A stretch of 64,000 nucleotides of DNA from Pseudomonadota bacterium (GCA_029561195.1 JAKQJK010000240.1:2240-66239), one strand, 5' to 3'; positions 18,848 through 30,010 are shown, counted from the first letter of the stretch. The notes: generated from the letters alone by a model not told the origin. Translations and numbers: made by a program.

Positions 18848-21408
18848 GCAGCACCTTCGCCCGGACGCTCTTCCCAAAAGTCTTTGCGACACAGGCCCCG
18901 TGCAGCGCAATACTCGCAGGCCTTTCCCTCCCCCAGCGCGGGCATCCCGGCGCCGCTGGCGACGCGTCCCATGTCGTGCTGAATGCCTTCCAGCAAATGG
19001 TCACGCAGCACCACAATGTCGTGCTGCTGGTGGGTATGGGTGCCGTCCTTCTCACCCACGTTAACATACGCGGCAGCCAGCGTGTCGTCGCTCAGCAGGG
19101 CTGCGTAAAACGCCAGTTGTGTGTCCTCCAGCGCGCCCTTGATGCGTTCTCGCGTCTGGGTGTCGCTCTCGGTTTTGTAATCGATGACCAATACGCTGCC
19201 ATCCGCGTTGTGGTCGATGCGGTCGATGCGGCCCGTCAGCGTGACGGCGCCTACCGGCATCTCCCGCTGCACTTCCGACTGGTCAAAACTGGCGCCTGTG
19301 GCTTCATGTTTGGCAAGCCACTCCAGATAGCCGTCCCGCACGCGGGGCCAGGATGCAGCGAACGGCAAGAACTCGGCGTCGGACAAACCCAGATCGGTTG
19401 TCGCCTGAACGGACGCTACATTTATCATAGCTACCCGCCCATGTAAATCAGGTTCTGGAGTGATTTTCAATGCCTCTTGGAAGTGCCCGAGCAGGCTGTG
19501 TAGCCATGTACCAAAGTCGCGCTTGCTTACGCTCGTGTCCAGTTCGTCGACTTCCTGCAATTTGAGCTGGCGCAGCGCAAAGAACCGATAGGGGCAACTG
19601 CGCAGATCGTCATAAGCGCTAGCCGACAGGCGCGAGATCGTCAACGCCTGCCCCACCGGCCGCGACATGCTGGAGGGCTGTGCCTGCAGCTCGCGCAACA
19701 CGCGCGGATCGGGCATCGGGGCTATCGCCGAGTCCCCCGGGTTGGCCGCGTTTTGAAGCAGCATCGCCTGCACAAAACCGCTGGGCATCAAGCGTTCACC
19801 ACCTTCGCTGGTGCGCCACAACACGTCCAGCCACGGGGACTTCAGCGCGTATTGCCACGACGAGCGCAACGCAGCAGTCAGCTCGGCACGCGCGGGCAAG
19901 CCGAGCCATTCGCGTTGCGCCGGTGTCCAGTTGTCTGGTGGTTCGGGTGCCACCGGCATGCGCATCTCGTCACAGCCTGGCAACACCACGGCAGGCAAGG
20001 CGCGCCCCAGCAACTGGCTGAGCGGCAGGATAACCACCTGCGCCTGCGCCGGGTGCGCAGGCAAAAAGCTCGCCGCCTCCAGTGTCTGGCTGACCCAAGT
20101 GGTTAAATCATTCAGGCTCAGACTACCTGCTACGTCGGCAAATGCCGCGTCGGCGCCTTCGCGCAGGCTGAGCGCCGTCAACACGGCTTCGCCGGCTGGG
20201 TCGGTATTCAAACCAGCCCATTGCCCTGCGCTTTCCAGCGCTGCCCGCACATCTCGCAGCCAGGCCGCCAGCGACCTTCCCGGTTGCAGCGCTTCGCGCA
20301 GCAGTTGTACCCTCTGCGCGATGCCGTCCGTGGCAAGAACCTGTCGCCAATCGCGCGTACCGGCTTTGCGCAAACCGGCCTCCAACTCGACCACTTCGCC
20401 AGGCTCAAAGGCAGATGCATTTTTCAGCCAGTCCAGCACGGCATCTGTCGAAGCGTCCCAGACGCACGCACGCAGCAAGCCCATCAACCCGGCAGCCGCA
20501 CGTGTGGTGGACAGCTTCCACCCCGTTTCGTCCCGCACCGCCACGCCACGTTCTCCCAACAGAGCGCGCACCTGCCGCGTCAGTACTCGGTCTTGCGCCA
20601 CCAGCGCCACCGGGCTACGGCCTGCGGCCAGATGCGCAAGCACGCAGGCTGCGGCGCGGTGCGCTTCGTCCTGCAAGTCCAGCGCTGCGTGCAGGGACAC
20701 CGAGCTCTTCAACCAACTACGCTCATGCGGCTGCGCGCCCGTATCCGCCGTACCGTTTGTGTCCAGCGCCAAGGCAACCACACGGTCACCCCACAGTTTA
20801 TGCAAGGCCTGTGCAAGGGGTTCTGACTGGAAGCCTTCCAGAACGACAACCAGTTCTGCCCGCGCTGTAAACACCCGGTCCGTCGGGTAGCTGGAGCTGG
20901 CGGCCCAGGCCAACGCGATGCGCCCGAGGCGCGCATCCAGTTCCAGCACAGGGGCCGCCATGTCAGTCGTCAACCCCGTCGCCATTCGGGTGCCCCAAGC
21001 CAGGCGCTCATGGGGCGCGACGGACGCAGCCAGTCTGGCCAGGCTCCACGCGGCAGCCATCAGACGTCCGGCCAGGGCATTTTTCTGGGGCGCCATGCCA
21101 GCACGGGCCAACAATGAGGCGGCCGTCAACACGTCGCGTGCCGGGTCCATGCGCAGGTCGTCACCGTCGGGCACAAACCCGCCCAGACTGCGCGTCCAGT
21201 TCATCGTGGTCTCGAATCGGGGAACGAAACCGGGCACATTCAAGGCCGTGGCCCAGGCCTGACGGGCCTCCAGCATCAATTGGGCATAGGGCACCAGCAC
21301 AACAGTCTGTGCTGCGTGGACCTTACGACGCACCATCTCCTGACGAATGCCGTCAATCACCCGCCCCCAACCAGCAGTTGCGTGATGTTTTTTTGCTATT
21401 TCATCCAT
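18844..21408 (-). CDS. addB: PD-(D/E)XK nuclease family protein, AddB-like, with Fe-S cysteine staple
   Basis: 854 aa. C-terminal nuclease (GRIDRID...VIDYKT) flanked by CPYRFF and [10 protein letters not shown] (C...CxxCx5C), as in AddB. Translationally coupled to the addA-like gene. Confidence 0.8.
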   Translation of the reverse strand: MDEIAKKHHATAGWGRVIDGIRQEMVRRKVHAAQTVVLVPYAQLMLEARQAWATALNVPGFVPRFETTMNWTRSLGGFVPDGDDLRMDPARDVLTAASLLARAGMAPQKNALAGRLMAAAWSLARLAASVAPHERLAWGTRMATGLTTDMAAPVLELDARLGRIALAWAASSSYPTDRVFTARAELVVVLEGFQSEPLAQALHKLWGDRVVALALDTNGTADTGAQPHERSWLKSSVSLHAALDLQDEAHRAAACVLAHLAAGRSPVALVAQDRVLTRQVRALLGERGVAVRDETGWKLSTTRAAAGLMGLLRACVWDASTDAVLDWLKNASAFEPGEVVELEAGLRKAGTRDWRQVLATDGIAQRVQLLREALQPGRSLAAWLRDVRAALESAGQWAGLNTDPAGEAVLTALSLREGADAAFADVAGSLSLNDLTTWVSQTLEAASFLPAHPAQAQVVILPLSQLLGRALPAVVLPGCDEMRMPVAPEPPDNWTPAQREWLGLPARAELTAALRSSWQYALKSPWLDVLWRTSEGGERLMPSGFVQAMLLQNAANPGDSAIAPMPDPRVLRELQAQPSSMSRPVGQALTISRLSASAYDDLRSCPYRFFALRQLKLQEVDELDTSVSKRDFGTWLHSLLGHFQEALKITPEPDLHGRVAMINVASVQATTDLGLSDAEFLPFAASWPRVRDGYLEWLAKHEATGASFDQSEVQREMPVGAVTLTGRIDRIDHNADGSVLVIDYKTESDTQTRERIKGALEDTQLAFYAALLSDDTLAAAYVNVGEKDGTHTHQQHDIVVLRDHLLEGIQHDMGRVASGAGMPALGEGKACEYCAARGLCRKDFWEERPGEGAA

Positions 21409-21505
21409 AGCGTCGGGGTACCGGGTAAATCACGGACGGGGGGCCTTGGTTTCTGTCACAATTTCCCCACTTTACCTGTACCGCCCTCATTACAAGGAAA
21501 TCCCC

Positions 21506-21838
21506 ATGGCCAGCGAATTAATCAAACATGTGTCCGACGCGTCTTTCGAAACCGACGTCCTGAAGTCCGCTCAACCTGTGCTGGTGGACTACTGGGCTGA
21601 GTGGTGCGGCCCGTGCAAGATGATCGCCCCCATCCTGGATGAGGTAGCAACCGGGTACGAAGGCAAGCTGCAGATTGCCAAGATGAATGTGGACGAAAAC
21701 CGTGACATTCCTGCCAAATTCGGTATCCGTGGCATTCCTACGCTGATGATTTTCAAGGATGGCCAGCTTGCCGCCACCAAAGTTGGTGCCATGAGCAAGT
21801 CGCAATTAACTGCGTTTATTGATCAGCAACTGGCCTGA
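21506..21838 (+). CDS. trxA: thioredoxin
   Basis: [19 protein letters not shown]...[16 protein letters not shown] (WCGPC active site). The start at 21506 is preferred over the ORF-track start at 21446. Confidence 0.95.
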   Translation: MASELIKHVSDASFETDVLKSAQPVLVDYWAEWCGPCKMIAPILDEVATGYEGKLQIAKMNVDENRDIPAKFGIRGIPTLMIFKDGQLAATKVGAMSKSQLTAFIDQQLA

Positions 21839-21860
21839 ACCCTTTACACCGAACTTTCCA

Positions 21861-21896
21861 AGCGGCCACAATATCGTTTTGTGGCCGCTTTTTTTC
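21861..21896 (+). terminator. rho-independent terminator after trxA
   Basis: agcggccaca / gtggccgct stem followed by a T7 run. Confidence 0.85.
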
Positions 21897-21976
21897 CTGT
21901 CATAATCCAGCCTGATCGCCGGTTCATAACCTGAAACGGTTGGAGTTCCCGGTTTAGAACTTTGAGGCAAAGGCCA

Positions 21977-22030
21977 CCGTCTTGTCTCTTCCCAAACCTC
22001 CCCTGATTTTCGTCACCCTTCCGATTATTC
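21977..22030 (+). promoter_or_regulatory. C-rich/G-poor rut-like tract in the rho leader
   Basis: In 21981-22030 I count 20 C versus 4 G, in a genome where G and C otherwise look balanced. Lies just upstream of the rho ATG. Confidence 0.4.
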
Positions 22031-22057
22031 GGTCAACTGCCCTACGGGGTCACCTCC

Positions 22058-23320
22058 ATGCATTTAAACGAACTCAAAGCACTGCACGTGTCGGAAGTCC
22101 TCAAGCAGGCTGAAGAGCTTGAGATTGAAAACACCGGCCGCATGCGCAAGCAGGAGCTGATGTTCGCGATCATCAAAAAGCGAGCCCGTACCGGCGAGCA
22201 GATCATTGCCGATGGCGTGCTGGAAATTCTGCCCGATGGCTTTGGCTTTTTGCGCAGCCCCGACACCAGCTATACCGCCTCTACAGACGACATTTATATC
22301 AGTCCCAGCCAGGTGCGCCGCTTCAACCTGCACACCGGTGACATGATTGAAGGCGAAGTGCGTACGCCCAAGGATGGCGAGCGTTACTTTGCACTGAACA
22401 AACTGGACAAGGTTAACGGCGGCGGCCCGGAAGAGAACAAGCACAAGGTGATGTTCGAGAATCTGACGCCACTGTTCCCCAAGGAGCAGATGAAGCTGGA
22501 GCGCGACATCAAAGGTGATGAAAACATCACCGGCCGCGTGATCGACATCATTGCCCCCATCGGCAAGGGCCAGCGCGCCTTGCTAGTGGCGCCACCCAAG
22601 AGCGGCAAGACGGTGATGATGCAGCACATTGCGCACGCCATTTCCGCCAACTACCCCGACAGCTACATGATGGTGCTGCTGGTAGACGAGCGCCCAGAAG
22701 AAGTGACCGAAATGCAGCGTACAGTGAAAGGCGAAGTGATTGCCTCCACGTTTGATGAGCCCGCTGCCCGCCACGTGCACGTCGCCGAAATGGTGATTGA
22801 GCGCGCCAAGCGCCTGGTCGAACTGAAAAAAGACGTGGTGATCCTGCTGGACTCCATCACCCGCCTGGCCCGCGCCTACAACAACGTAGTGCCTTCTTCC
22901 GGCAAGGTATTGACCGGTGGTGTGGATTCCAACGCGCTTCAGCGCCCAAAACGCTTTCTGGGTGCTGCCCGTAACGTGGAAGAAGGCGGCTCGCTCACCA
23001 TCATCGCCACCGCACTGGTCGATACAGGCAGCCGCATGGATGAGGTGATCTTTGAAGAGTTCAAGGGCACCGGCAACAGCGAAATCCACCTGGACCGTCG
23101 TTTGTACGAAAAGCGCGTGTTCCCGTCGATCCAACTCAACCGTAGTGGCACCCGTCGGGAAGAATTGTTATTGCAACCTGAAATACTGCAAAAAACCAGA
23201 ATTCTCCGACAATTCTTGTACAACATGGATGAAATCGACTCAATGGAGCTGGTTTTGAAGCAGATGAAGGCCACAAAGAACAACATGGAGTTCTTCGATC
23301 AGATGCGCCGGGGCGGCTAA
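22058..23320 (+). CDS. rho: transcription termination factor Rho
   Basis: 420 aa; MHLNELK..., the RNA-binding OB region with RRFNLHTGD, Walker A APPKSGKT, and [27 protein letters not shown]. Confidence 0.97.
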   Translation: MHLNELKALHVSEVLKQAEELEIENTGRMRKQELMFAIIKKRARTGEQIIADGVLEILPDGFGFLRSPDTSYTASTDDIYISPSQVRRFNLHTGDMIEGEVRTPKDGERYFALNKLDKVNGGGPEENKHKVMFENLTPLFPKEQMKLERDIKGDENITGRVIDIIAPIGKGQRALLVAPPKSGKTVMMQHIAHAISANYPDSYMMVLLVDERPEEVTEMQRTVKGEVIASTFDEPAARHVHVAEMVIERAKRLVELKKDVVILLDSITRLARAYNNVVPSSGKVLTGGVDSNALQRPKRFLGAARNVEEGGSLTIIATALVDTGSRMDEVIFEEFKGTGNSEIHLDRRLYEKRVFPSIQLNRSGTRREELLLQPEILQKTRILRQFLYNMDEIDSMELVLKQMKATKNNMEFFDQMRRGG

Positions 23321-23418
23321 CTCCGCTACACCTAACTGGGCTATAATCGAAGGCTGCACGCGAAAAGTACGCTGGATGGTCCGGCGCGGCTGGCGCAACT
23401 GAATTGAAAGAAGAGATC

Positions 23419-23676
23419 ATGAAAGAAGGCATTCACCCCAACTACCGCGAAGTTTGTTTTGTGGATTTGTCCAACAACTTCAAGTTCGTCACCCGTTCGT
23501 GCGCGAACACCAAGGAAATGATCAAGATGGAAGATGGCCGTGAGCTGCCGTTGTACAAGCTGGATACTTCCAGCGAGTCACATCCTTTCTATACCGGCAC
23601 GCAAAAATCCGTGGATAACATGGGCGGTCGTGTAGAGAAGTTCCGTAACCGCTTCGGCAAAGTGGCAGCCAAGTAA
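23419..23676 (+). CDS. rpmE2: 50S ribosomal protein L31, type B (no CxxC zinc motif)
   Basis: [27 protein letters not shown]...HPFYTGTQK. Lacks the paired CxxC motifs of type A. Start at 23419. Confidence 0.9.
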   Translation: MKEGIHPNYREVCFVDLSNNFKFVTRSCANTKEMIKMEDGRELPLYKLDTSSESHPFYTGTQKSVDNMGGRVEKFRNRFGKVAAK

Positions 23677-23701
23677 CCTGACACCAGGTTCAGGCAAGAC
23701 A

Positions 23702-23733
23702 GGCAGCCCGGAAAACCGAGCTGCCTTTTTTTT
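23702..23733 (+). terminator. rho-independent terminator after rpmE2
   Basis: ggcagc / gctgcc stem followed by a T8 run (23726-23733). Confidence 0.85.
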
Positions 23734-23756
23734 ACCTCACTTCCGTCCAAACCCTT

Positions 23757-25469
23757 GTGACCCGCCCAACGCCAGCCATCGTCGCACAAGGGTCGGTTCG
23801 CCGTCTGCCACGAGCGGCTTTATTGCTGCTGGCTGTCAGCTACATACTTGCCGGGTTCATTGGCCGCGAGCCATGGCGCAATGCCGACGTTACGGCGTTC
23901 GGTTACATGATGGGACTGCTCCAGACCGGTTCGGACTGGTTTTCTCCAAAACTCATGGGCCTGAGCCCTGAAGTTGACGCCTTGCTTCCTTACTGGCTTG
24001 GTGCCTGGGCGATACAACTGGCCCCAAAATGGATTCCCTCCGATTTAGCAGCCCGCATACCGTTTGGCCTGATGCTGGGTGTGACTACGCTCTGTACTTG
24101 GTATGCCACTTATTACCTCGCCCGCAACCCCAAAGCCCAGCCCGTGGCCTTTGCGTTTGGCGGAGAGGCGTCACCGCCTGATTACGCACGAGCCCTAGCG
24201 GATGGCGGTCTTCTGGCTTTCATTGCTTGTCTCGGGTTGGCGCAGCTATCGCACGAGACAACTCCTGCACAGGCGCAACTTTGCTTCACAGCTCTTTGTT
24301 TCTATGCGGTGGCCGCACTACCCTACCGAACCGTTGCGCCATTACTTGGCGGTGCCATTGGACTGACAGGATTGTCATTGTCAGGCGCGCCAGCTATGGC
24401 CATCCTTTTCGGACTCGGAAGCGCCCTCGCTTACGGTGTCGACCAACAACAAGCTAGTGGTCAACCATCCGCCCCAGTTACCCGCCGTGTTGCCGGAATA
24501 CTACTGCTCACTCTGGTTGCAGCCATGTTGGCTACTTTGCTTGATCTCTGGCACTGGCGCATCGAGCTACCTGACCTGAGTTATGCCAAGGGAAAAAGCA
24601 TCGGTCGGCTGCTGCTCTGGTTCACCTGGCCAGCGTGGCCGCTGGTTTGCTGGACACTATGGCGGTGGCGCCGCCAGCTTGGAAGCAAAAAACCAAGTCT
24701 CCATTTGACCCTGCCGCTTTGGTTCGCAAGTGTCTGCCTTGGCACCGCCATCGTGACAGCTTCAACTGACCGCTCTCTTTTGCTGGCGCTGCCGGCCCTG
24801 GCTGCACTCGCTGCATTCTCCCTGCCGACCCTGGGACGTAGTGTGGCTGCGTTGGTTGACTGGTTCACGTTACTGTTCTTCTCTGGCTGCGCATTCATCA
24901 TATGGGTCATCTGGCTGGCCTTGCAAACGGGCATACCCAAACAGCCCGCTGCTAACGTCGCCCGGCTGGCTCCGGGCTTTGAGCACAGTTTTTCACTTGC
25001 CGCCTTTGCCATTGCCCTGCTTGCTACCGTCGCCTGGATCTGGTTAGTCCGATGGCGCGTGGGGCGCCAGCGTGCCGCTATCTGGAAGAGCCTGGTGCTG
25101 CCCGCTGGCGGAGCGGTTCTTAGCTGGCTGTTGCTGACAACCTTGTGGATGCCGTTGCTAGACTATGTTCGTGGCGACGTTCCACTGGCTCGGCGCATCA
25201 TTGCTATCGTCGAATCACCATCCTGTGTGGCGGCTCATGGCTTGACCAGGAACCGCATCGCTGCGTTGCAGTTTTACGGCCAGCTGAAGATGGAGCCCGC
25301 AGGGACCGCAACTCGCTGCCCATGGTTGTTCGTCGAGCGTGATGCCTTGGGCAGCCTTTCGACTGTCGTCGACATGAAACTTTGGCAGCTTGACAGTACG
25401 GTTCGCCATCCTGCAGACCGTGAAGGAAACCTGTATCTGTTCAGACAAAAGGCTGGGTCTCCACCTTAA
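23757..25469 (+). CDS. polytopic membrane protein, possibly ArnT/PMT-like (GT39/GT83-type) glycosyltransferase
   Basis: 570 aa, GTG start, more than 10 hydrophobic segments. The first loop GREPWRNADVTAFGYMM vaguely resembles the ArnT/PMT loop. The family assignment is tentative. Confidence 0.45.
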   Translation: MTRPTPAIVAQGSVRRLPRAALLLLAVSYILAGFIGREPWRNADVTAFGYMMGLLQTGSDWFSPKLMGLSPEVDALLPYWLGAWAIQLAPKWIPSDLAARIPFGLMLGVTTLCTWYATYYLARNPKAQPVAFAFGGEASPPDYARALADGGLLAFIACLGLAQLSHETTPAQAQLCFTALCFYAVAALPYRTVAPLLGGAIGLTGLSLSGAPAMAILFGLGSALAYGVDQQQASGQPSAPVTRRVAGILLLTLVAAMLATLLDLWHWRIELPDLSYAKGKSIGRLLLWFTWPAWPLVCWTLWRWRRQLGSKKPSLHLTLPLWFASVCLGTAIVTASTDRSLLLALPALAALAAFSLPTLGRSVAALVDWFTLLFFSGCAFIIWVIWLALQTGIPKQPAANVARLAPGFEHSFSLAAFAIALLATVAWIWLVRWRVGRQRAAIWKSLVLPAGGAVLSWLLLTTLWMPLLDYVRGDVPLARRIIAIVESPSCVAAHGLTRNRIAALQFYGQLKMEPAGTATRCPWLFVERDALGSLSTVVDMKLWQLDSTVRHPADREGNLYLFRQKAGSPP

Positions 25470-26818
25470 GCATTCTTTGTAGTACCCTGGCCGACAGACA
25501 CCCGGCTCGCAGGAAAAACGATTGTGAAAGTCGATCCCTGTCCCGGTGTGCTATCAATTTTTAGCTCTGCCCCGTGGCGTTGTGCTACGTGTTTCACAAT
25601 GGCCAATCCCAGCCCGGTCCCACCGGTTTCACGCGAACGGCTTCGGTCAACCCTATAAAAACGTTCGGTGAGCCGCGGAATGTGCTCAGGCGCTATACCA
25701 GGCCCGGTGTCCTGAACCGAGAACACCAGGCGCCCCTCGGAATCATCCCTGCAAATGACCTGGACCTCCCCATCGGCCGGTGTATAGCGAATGGCGTTAC
25801 CAACCAGATTGCTCATCGCACTCAGCAGTTCCGAAGAAACACCCAGCAACTCCCGACCCGACGCGCAAGAAAAACTCAACGTTTGCGCAACTCCCGGGCT
25901 TCGATTAACGAGACCAGATAGTGCACGAGCCTCCGATTCAACCTGCTGCATCAATGTGGAAACAGACACTCGTTCATCCAGTCCTGGCAACGGACTGCCC
26001 TCAATGCGTGACAGGGTGAGCAAGTCCTTTACCAATGTCTGCATCCGATCCGCTTGCTGAGCCATCAGAGCCAGATAACGTTGACGGTCGGTTTCGTCCA
26101 ACTGGAGAGTTTGCAAAGTCTCAACAAAACCACCGAGTACCGTCAACGGCGTTCTGACTTCGTGAGAAACATTCGCCACAAAATCCCGGCGCATCGCTTC
26201 AGCTTGCTCCACGGCCGTGATGTCACGTGAAAGCAAAAGACTGCGCCCATCGCCATAGGGGTGCAAGTGGACAGCAAGCGTGACCGGTCGGGAGGCCGTG
26301 CTCGTGCGACCAGGCATCATTACACCGTCCTGATAATCTTTGCCAGCAAAGTACGCGGCAAAACCAGGGTCACGCACCAGGTTTCCGAAATGCTGCAGCA
26401 AGTCTCGTTGCGGTTCAAAACCGAAATGTTCGGTCGCGGTTTGATTGAACCATTCGATACGCCCCTGGGCATCCAGCAGTACAACTCCGTTGGGGGAGGC
26501 TTGCAGCGCAGCCAGAAAATCATTCAAACGATTCTGACTATCCAGTGTTTGTCGTTCCCGCGAACGCACCAGTCTGCGCGTCCGGTCGGAAACTTCCCCC
26601 CACAAACCGTGGGCCATCACACCATCGGACACATCGCCAGCGCGCAGCCATTCCAGAAGTTTGACACCACGCGCCAAGTCAACAGCAAACCAGATCGAGC
26701 TTCCAAGTACAACACCAGCTACCAACCCAAAAGCCTGATTGGACGAGGGAGCGACATACCAGCCCAGAATGCCAACGACAAGTTGACTGGAAATAAAGGA
26801 AACGAAACGCCAAAGCAT
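25466..26818 (-). CDS. phoR: phosphate regulon sensor histidine kinase PhoR
   Basis: 450 aa; two N-terminal TM segments, a PAS region, H-box FVANVSHEVRTPLT, N/G boxes (NLVGNAIRYTP, DTGPGI, GGTGLGLAIV). Lies downstream of phoB. Confidence 0.92.
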   Translation of the reverse strand: MLWRFVSFISSQLVVGILGWYVAPSSNQAFGLVAGVVLGSSIWFAVDLARGVKLLEWLRAGDVSDGVMAHGLWGEVSDRTRRLVRSRERQTLDSQNRLNDFLAALQASPNGVVLLDAQGRIEWFNQTATEHFGFEPQRDLLQHFGNLVRDPGFAAYFAGKDYQDGVMMPGRTSTASRPVTLAVHLHPYGDGRSLLLSRDITAVEQAEAMRRDFVANVSHEVRTPLTVLGGFVETLQTLQLDETDRQRYLALMAQQADRMQTLVKDLLTLSRIEGSPLPGLDERVSVSTLMQQVESEARALSGLVNRSPGVAQTLSFSCASGRELLGVSSELLSAMSNLVGNAIRYTPADGEVQVICRDDSEGRLVFSVQDTGPGIAPEHIPRLTERFYRVDRSRSRETGGTGLGLAIVKHVAQRHGAELKIDSTPGQGSTFTIVFPASRVSVGQGTTKNA

Positions 26819-26825
26819 GATGAAT

Positions 26826-26852
26826 CATGACACAGGGAAAACCTGTGTCATG
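26826..26852 (-). promoter_or_regulatory. perfect 11-bp hairpin in the phoB-phoR intercistronic gap
   Basis: catgacacagg gaaaa cctgtgtcatg. On the mRNA strand it ends 7 nt upstream of the phoR ATG. No U-run follows. Confidence 0.5.
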
Positions 26853-26862
26853 GAAAAGAGGG

Positions 26863-27588
26863 TCAGGCGTGAGACTGAACCGATGACGCCACTGTAGGCA
26901 CAGGTTGCGCCGTCAGCCTATAGCCTGCGCCACGGACGGTTTCGATCATAGGCCCCGCTGCACCAAGAGCCTCCCGCAGGCGCTTTACATGAACATCGAC
27001 CGTACGTTCCTCAATAAACACGTGATCACCCCAAACCTTGTCAAGCAATTGCGACCGGCTATGTACCCGCTCGGGGTGATTCATCAAATAGTGGAGCAGC
27101 TTGAATTCAGTGGGACCAAGCTTAAGTAACTGTTCGCTAAAGCTTACCCGATAGGTCGCCGGATCAAGTGACAGGGCACCTACAGAAACAACACCTGCGG
27201 CGCGCTCGGGCGTGCGCCGCCTTAACACAGCACGAATTCTTGCCAGAAGCTCCTTGGTGGAAAAGGGTTTGGCAATGTAATCATCCGCCCCGGCATCAAG
27301 GCCCGCGACCCGATCCATTTCGTCCCCACGCGCTGTCAGCATGATGATGGGAACTCCTTTTGTGCGCGCGTCCGCCCGCCAGCGCTTGGCGAGCGACAAG
27401 CCGCTTTCCCCCGGCAACATCCAGTCAAGCAGGATCACATCAGGCAAAACGTTATCCAGTTCACGTTGAGCGGTGGCGCTATCCATAGCCCACAGCGGCC
27501 GAAATCCGTTGTGTCGCAGATTGACAGCGATGAGCTCGGCAATTGCCGGCTCGTCTTCCACAATCAAAACACCCGGTTGATTTCTCAT
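26863..27588 (-). CDS. phoB: phosphate regulon response regulator PhoB
   Basis: 241 aa; receiver domain (LIVEDEPAI...DVILLDWMLPG) and an OmpR-type winged helix (RTVDVHVKRLREAL...TVRGAGYRL). Overlaps the phoU stop by 4 nt. Confidence 0.93.
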   Translation of the reverse strand: MRNQPGVLIVEDEPAIAELIAVNLRHNGFRPLWAMDSATAQRELDNVLPDVILLDWMLPGESGLSLAKRWRADARTKGVPIIMLTARGDEMDRVAGLDAGADDYIAKPFSTKELLARIRAVLRRRTPERAAGVVSVGALSLDPATYRVSFSEQLLKLGPTEFKLLHYLMNHPERVHSRSQLLDKVWGDHVFIEERTVDVHVKRLREALGAAGPMIETVRGAGYRLTAQPVPTVASSVQSHA

Positions 27589-28286
27589 TTCACGACGGAT
27601 TCAATTTGTTCCATCGGCGTGTGTCGCACGTCCTCACCCTTGACAACGTAAATGATGAACTCTGCAATATTCTTCGAATGATCGCCGATGCGCTCAATAG
27701 CCTTGGCCAAAAAGAGCAGATCCAGACTTGGGGAGATCATGCGTGGGTCTTCCATCATGTACGTAACCAGCTTGCGCACAAAACCGTCGAACTCCTTGTC
27801 AATCAGGTCATCTTCCTTCAGGATAGCAACTGCTGCGGCAGTATCCAGTCGTGCGAACGCATCCAGCGCCTTGCGCAGCAGCCCGGAAGCCAGGTCTGAC
27901 GCCACTCTCAATTCGAGAGATGGCAGTGACCGGGGTGCACCACTGTTGATGATGCGGCGAACCATCCGCGCAATTTTTTCTGCCTCATCGCCCACCCGCT
28001 CCAGATTGGCAGTGGTCTTAGAAATGGCTATCAGCAATCGTAGGTCACGTGCAGTGGGCTGTCGTCTGCTGATGATGGAGGACAGTTCGCGGTCAATCTC
28101 CACTTCCATGGCGTTTACCCGGGCTTCAGCCTCAGTCACCTGGTTAGCGACCTCAGCGCTGAACTGCGAAAGCGCATAAATGGCATTGCGAATCTGGGAT
28201 TCAACCAACCCCCCAAGCTCCATGACTCGGGTGGAAACTGCACTGAGTTCGCTGTCGAACTGCGTGGAAAGATGTTTTTCAGGCAT
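27585..28286 (-). CDS. phoU: phosphate signalling regulator PhoU
   Basis: 233 aa with two PhoU repeats (ANLERVGDEAEKIA and KAIERIGDHSKNIAE). Lies downstream of pstB. Confidence 0.93.
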   Translation of the reverse strand: MPEKHLSTQFDSELSAVSTRVMELGGLVESQIRNAIYALSQFSAEVANQVTEAEARVNAMEVEIDRELSSIISRRQPTARDLRLLIAISKTTANLERVGDEAEKIARMVRRIINSGAPRSLPSLELRVASDLASGLLRKALDAFARLDTAAAVAILKEDDLIDKEFDGFVRKLVTYMMEDPRMISPSLDLLFLAKAIERIGDHSKNIAEFIIYVVKGEDVRHTPMEQIESVVK

Positions 28287-28296
28287 GTCTGCTTCC

Positions 28297-29076
28297 TTAG
28301 CCGAACCGGCCGGTAATGTAGTCTTCTGTTTCCTTACGTGAGGGCTTGAAAAACATTTGCTCGGTTGAACCGAACTCCATCAAGTCGCCCAGGTACATGT
28401 AAGCGGTGTAATCACTGCAGCGAGCTGCCTGCTGCATGTTGTGCGTCACGATTACTACCGTGTAGTCATTTTTCAATTCGGTAATCAGCTCTTCAATCTT
28501 GGCTGTGGAGATGGGGTCCAGAGCAGAGCAAGGCTCATCCAGCAGCAGCACCTCCGGCTTAATTGCAATGCCGCGAGCAATACAAAGCCGTTGCTGCTGT
28601 CCACCAGAAAGTCCAGACCCGCTCTGATTGAGTTTGTCTTTCACTTCGCTCCAGAGAGCGGCCTTGCGTAGCGCCCACTCAACACGCTCTTCCATATCCG
28701 TCGCATTCAGGTTCTCGAACAGTTTGACGCCAAAAGCAATGTTGTCGAAGATGGACATGGGGAACGGCGTCGGCTTCTGGAACACCATGCCGACCTTGGC
28801 ACGAAGCAATGCCACGTCCTTCTTGCTGGTCAGCAAATCCTCACCGTCAAGCAGAATCTCACCTTCTGCGCGTTGCTCTGGATACAACTCAAACATGCGG
28901 TTGAATATCCGCAACAAAGTAGACTTTCCACAGCCGGACGGCCCGATAAATGCCGTCACCTTTTTTTCCGGAATTTCCAAGTTGATGCCCTTGAGGGCGT
29001 GGAATTTCCCATAATAGAAGTTCAGGTCCTTGACCGAAATTTTTGAATGTTCCTTGATGGCCGTAGCAGTATTCAT
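28297..29076 (-). CDS. pstB: phosphate ABC transporter ATP-binding protein
   Basis: 259 aa; Walker [10 protein letters not shown], signature LSGGQQQRL, Walker B LLLDEP. Confidence 0.96.
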   Translation of the reverse strand: MNTATAIKEHSKISVKDLNFYYGKFHALKGINLEIPEKKVTAFIGPSGCGKSTLLRIFNRMFELYPEQRAEGEILLDGEDLLTSKKDVALLRAKVGMVFQKPTPFPMSIFDNIAFGVKLFENLNATDMEERVEWALRKAALWSEVKDKLNQSGSGLSGGQQQRLCIARGIAIKPEVLLLDEPCSALDPISTAKIEELITELKNDYTVVIVTHNMQQAARCSDYTAYMYLGDLMEFGSTEQMFFKPSRKETEDYITGRFG

Positions 29077-29128
29077 TTTTTTCCTTGTGGGAGTCGAGGC
29101 AAGTGCTTGTACAAACGTGTGATACCGA

Positions 29129-30010
29129 CTACCGGGCTCTGGTCACAACGCGGGCAATAATGTTCAAGCCCAACACCGTTACCGTAATCAGGAAGACACC
29201 AGCCCAAGCCAGTTTTTGCCAGTTTTCATAAGGGCTCATGGCAAACTTGAAAATGGTCACAGGCAAACTGGCCATTGGTTCGCTCAGGCTGGAAGTCCAG
29301 AACTGATTGCTCAATGCAGTAAACAGCAAGGGGGCTGTTTCACCGGCAATGCGCGCAATTGCCAGCATTACGCCGGTGACGACACCAGCACGCGCTGACT
29401 TGAGCGTGATGCTGAGAATGACCTTCCATTTTGGCGCGCCCAAGGCATACGCAGCTTCGCGCAAGCCGGAAGGAACCAGTTGCAACATGTTCTCGGTGGT
29501 CCGAATCACCACCGGAATAACGATCAGCGCCAAAGCCATCACGCCAGCCCAGCCCGAGAAAGACTTGAAACGTGACACGACCACAGCGTAGACAAAAAGT
29601 CCAATCACGATAGATGGCGCCGACAGCAGGATGTCATTGACGAAACGCGTTACGTTCGCCAGCCAGCCTTTGGTGTCAAATTCAGCCAGATAAATGCCGG
29701 CCATGATGCCAATGGGTGTACCTACAAAAGTGGCCAGCATTACCATCAGGAACGAGCCATACATGGCATTAGCCAGACCGCCTTCGTCATTGGGAGGTGG
29801 CGTCATCTGGGTCAGGGTCGCGAGCGAGAGCCCGCCCACACCCAGTCGAACGGTTTCAAACAAGATCCAGAAAAGCCAGAACAAACCAAAAGCCATCGCC
29901 ATCAAAGAGAGGGTGAGTGCAACGCGATTGACCAGTTTGCGCTGCGAATACTTCGCCTGCCTGACCTCATCCAGTGCTGCCGCTCGCAACAAAGTTTCTC
30001 CGGTGGTCAT
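29129..30010 (-). CDS. pstA: phosphate ABC transporter permease PstA
   Basis: 293 aa, 6 TM, EAA-type loop [13 protein letters not shown]. Overlaps the pstC stop. Confidence 0.92.
   Translation of the reverse strand: MTTGETLLRAAALDEVRQAKYSQRKLVNRVALTLSLMAMAFGLFWLFWILFETVRLGVGGLSLATLTQMTPPPNDEGGLANAMYGSFLMVMLATFVGTPIGIMAGIYLAEFDTKGWLANVTRFVNDILLSAPSIVIGLFVYAVVVSRFKSFSGWAGVMALALIVIPVVIRTTENMLQLVPSGLREAAYALGAPKWKVILSITLKSARAGVVTGVMLAIARIAGETAPLLFTALSNQFWTSSLSEPMASLPVTIFKFAMSPYENWQKLAWAGVFLITVTVLGLNIIARVVTRAR

Noticed and set aside
18848-18910. N-terminal extensions proposed by the ORF track: addA from 18910, ybaB from 11072, trxA from 21446, ppx from 35771, glmM from 58983, rlmE from 62701, yhbY from 62665.
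   Set aside because: In each case an internal start reproduces the conserved family N-terminus. The internal start also often has an SD or a coupled ATGA/TAATG junction. The extensions overlap neighbouring genes or intergenic regulatory DNA.
19811-20890. 359-aa plus-strand ORF inside addB, and similar antisense ORFs at 10994..11854 (dnaX), 31317..32102 (pstS), 41653..42543 (PlcP-like), 44072..44860 (GGDEF-EAL), 54491..55522 (peroxidase) and 48587..49234 (arsC).
   Set aside because: All lie antisense to genes with clear family motifs. They have Ser/Arg/Ala-rich or His-rich compositions typical of off-frame translation in high-GC DNA.
23321-23418. Looked for a Zur box upstream of the type B L31 gene, since non-zinc L31 paralogues are often zinc-regulated.
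   Set aside because: No AT-rich palindrome of the Zur type is visible. The gene sits in the conserved rho-rpmE position, so it is probably the constitutive copy.
25466-25469. Convergent overlap of the stop codons of the 570-aa membrane protein and phoR within the palindrome CTTAAG.
   Set aside because: The overlap is real in the sequence but trivial. A 4-nt convergent overlap is common in compact genomes and no hairpin or terminator is associated with it.
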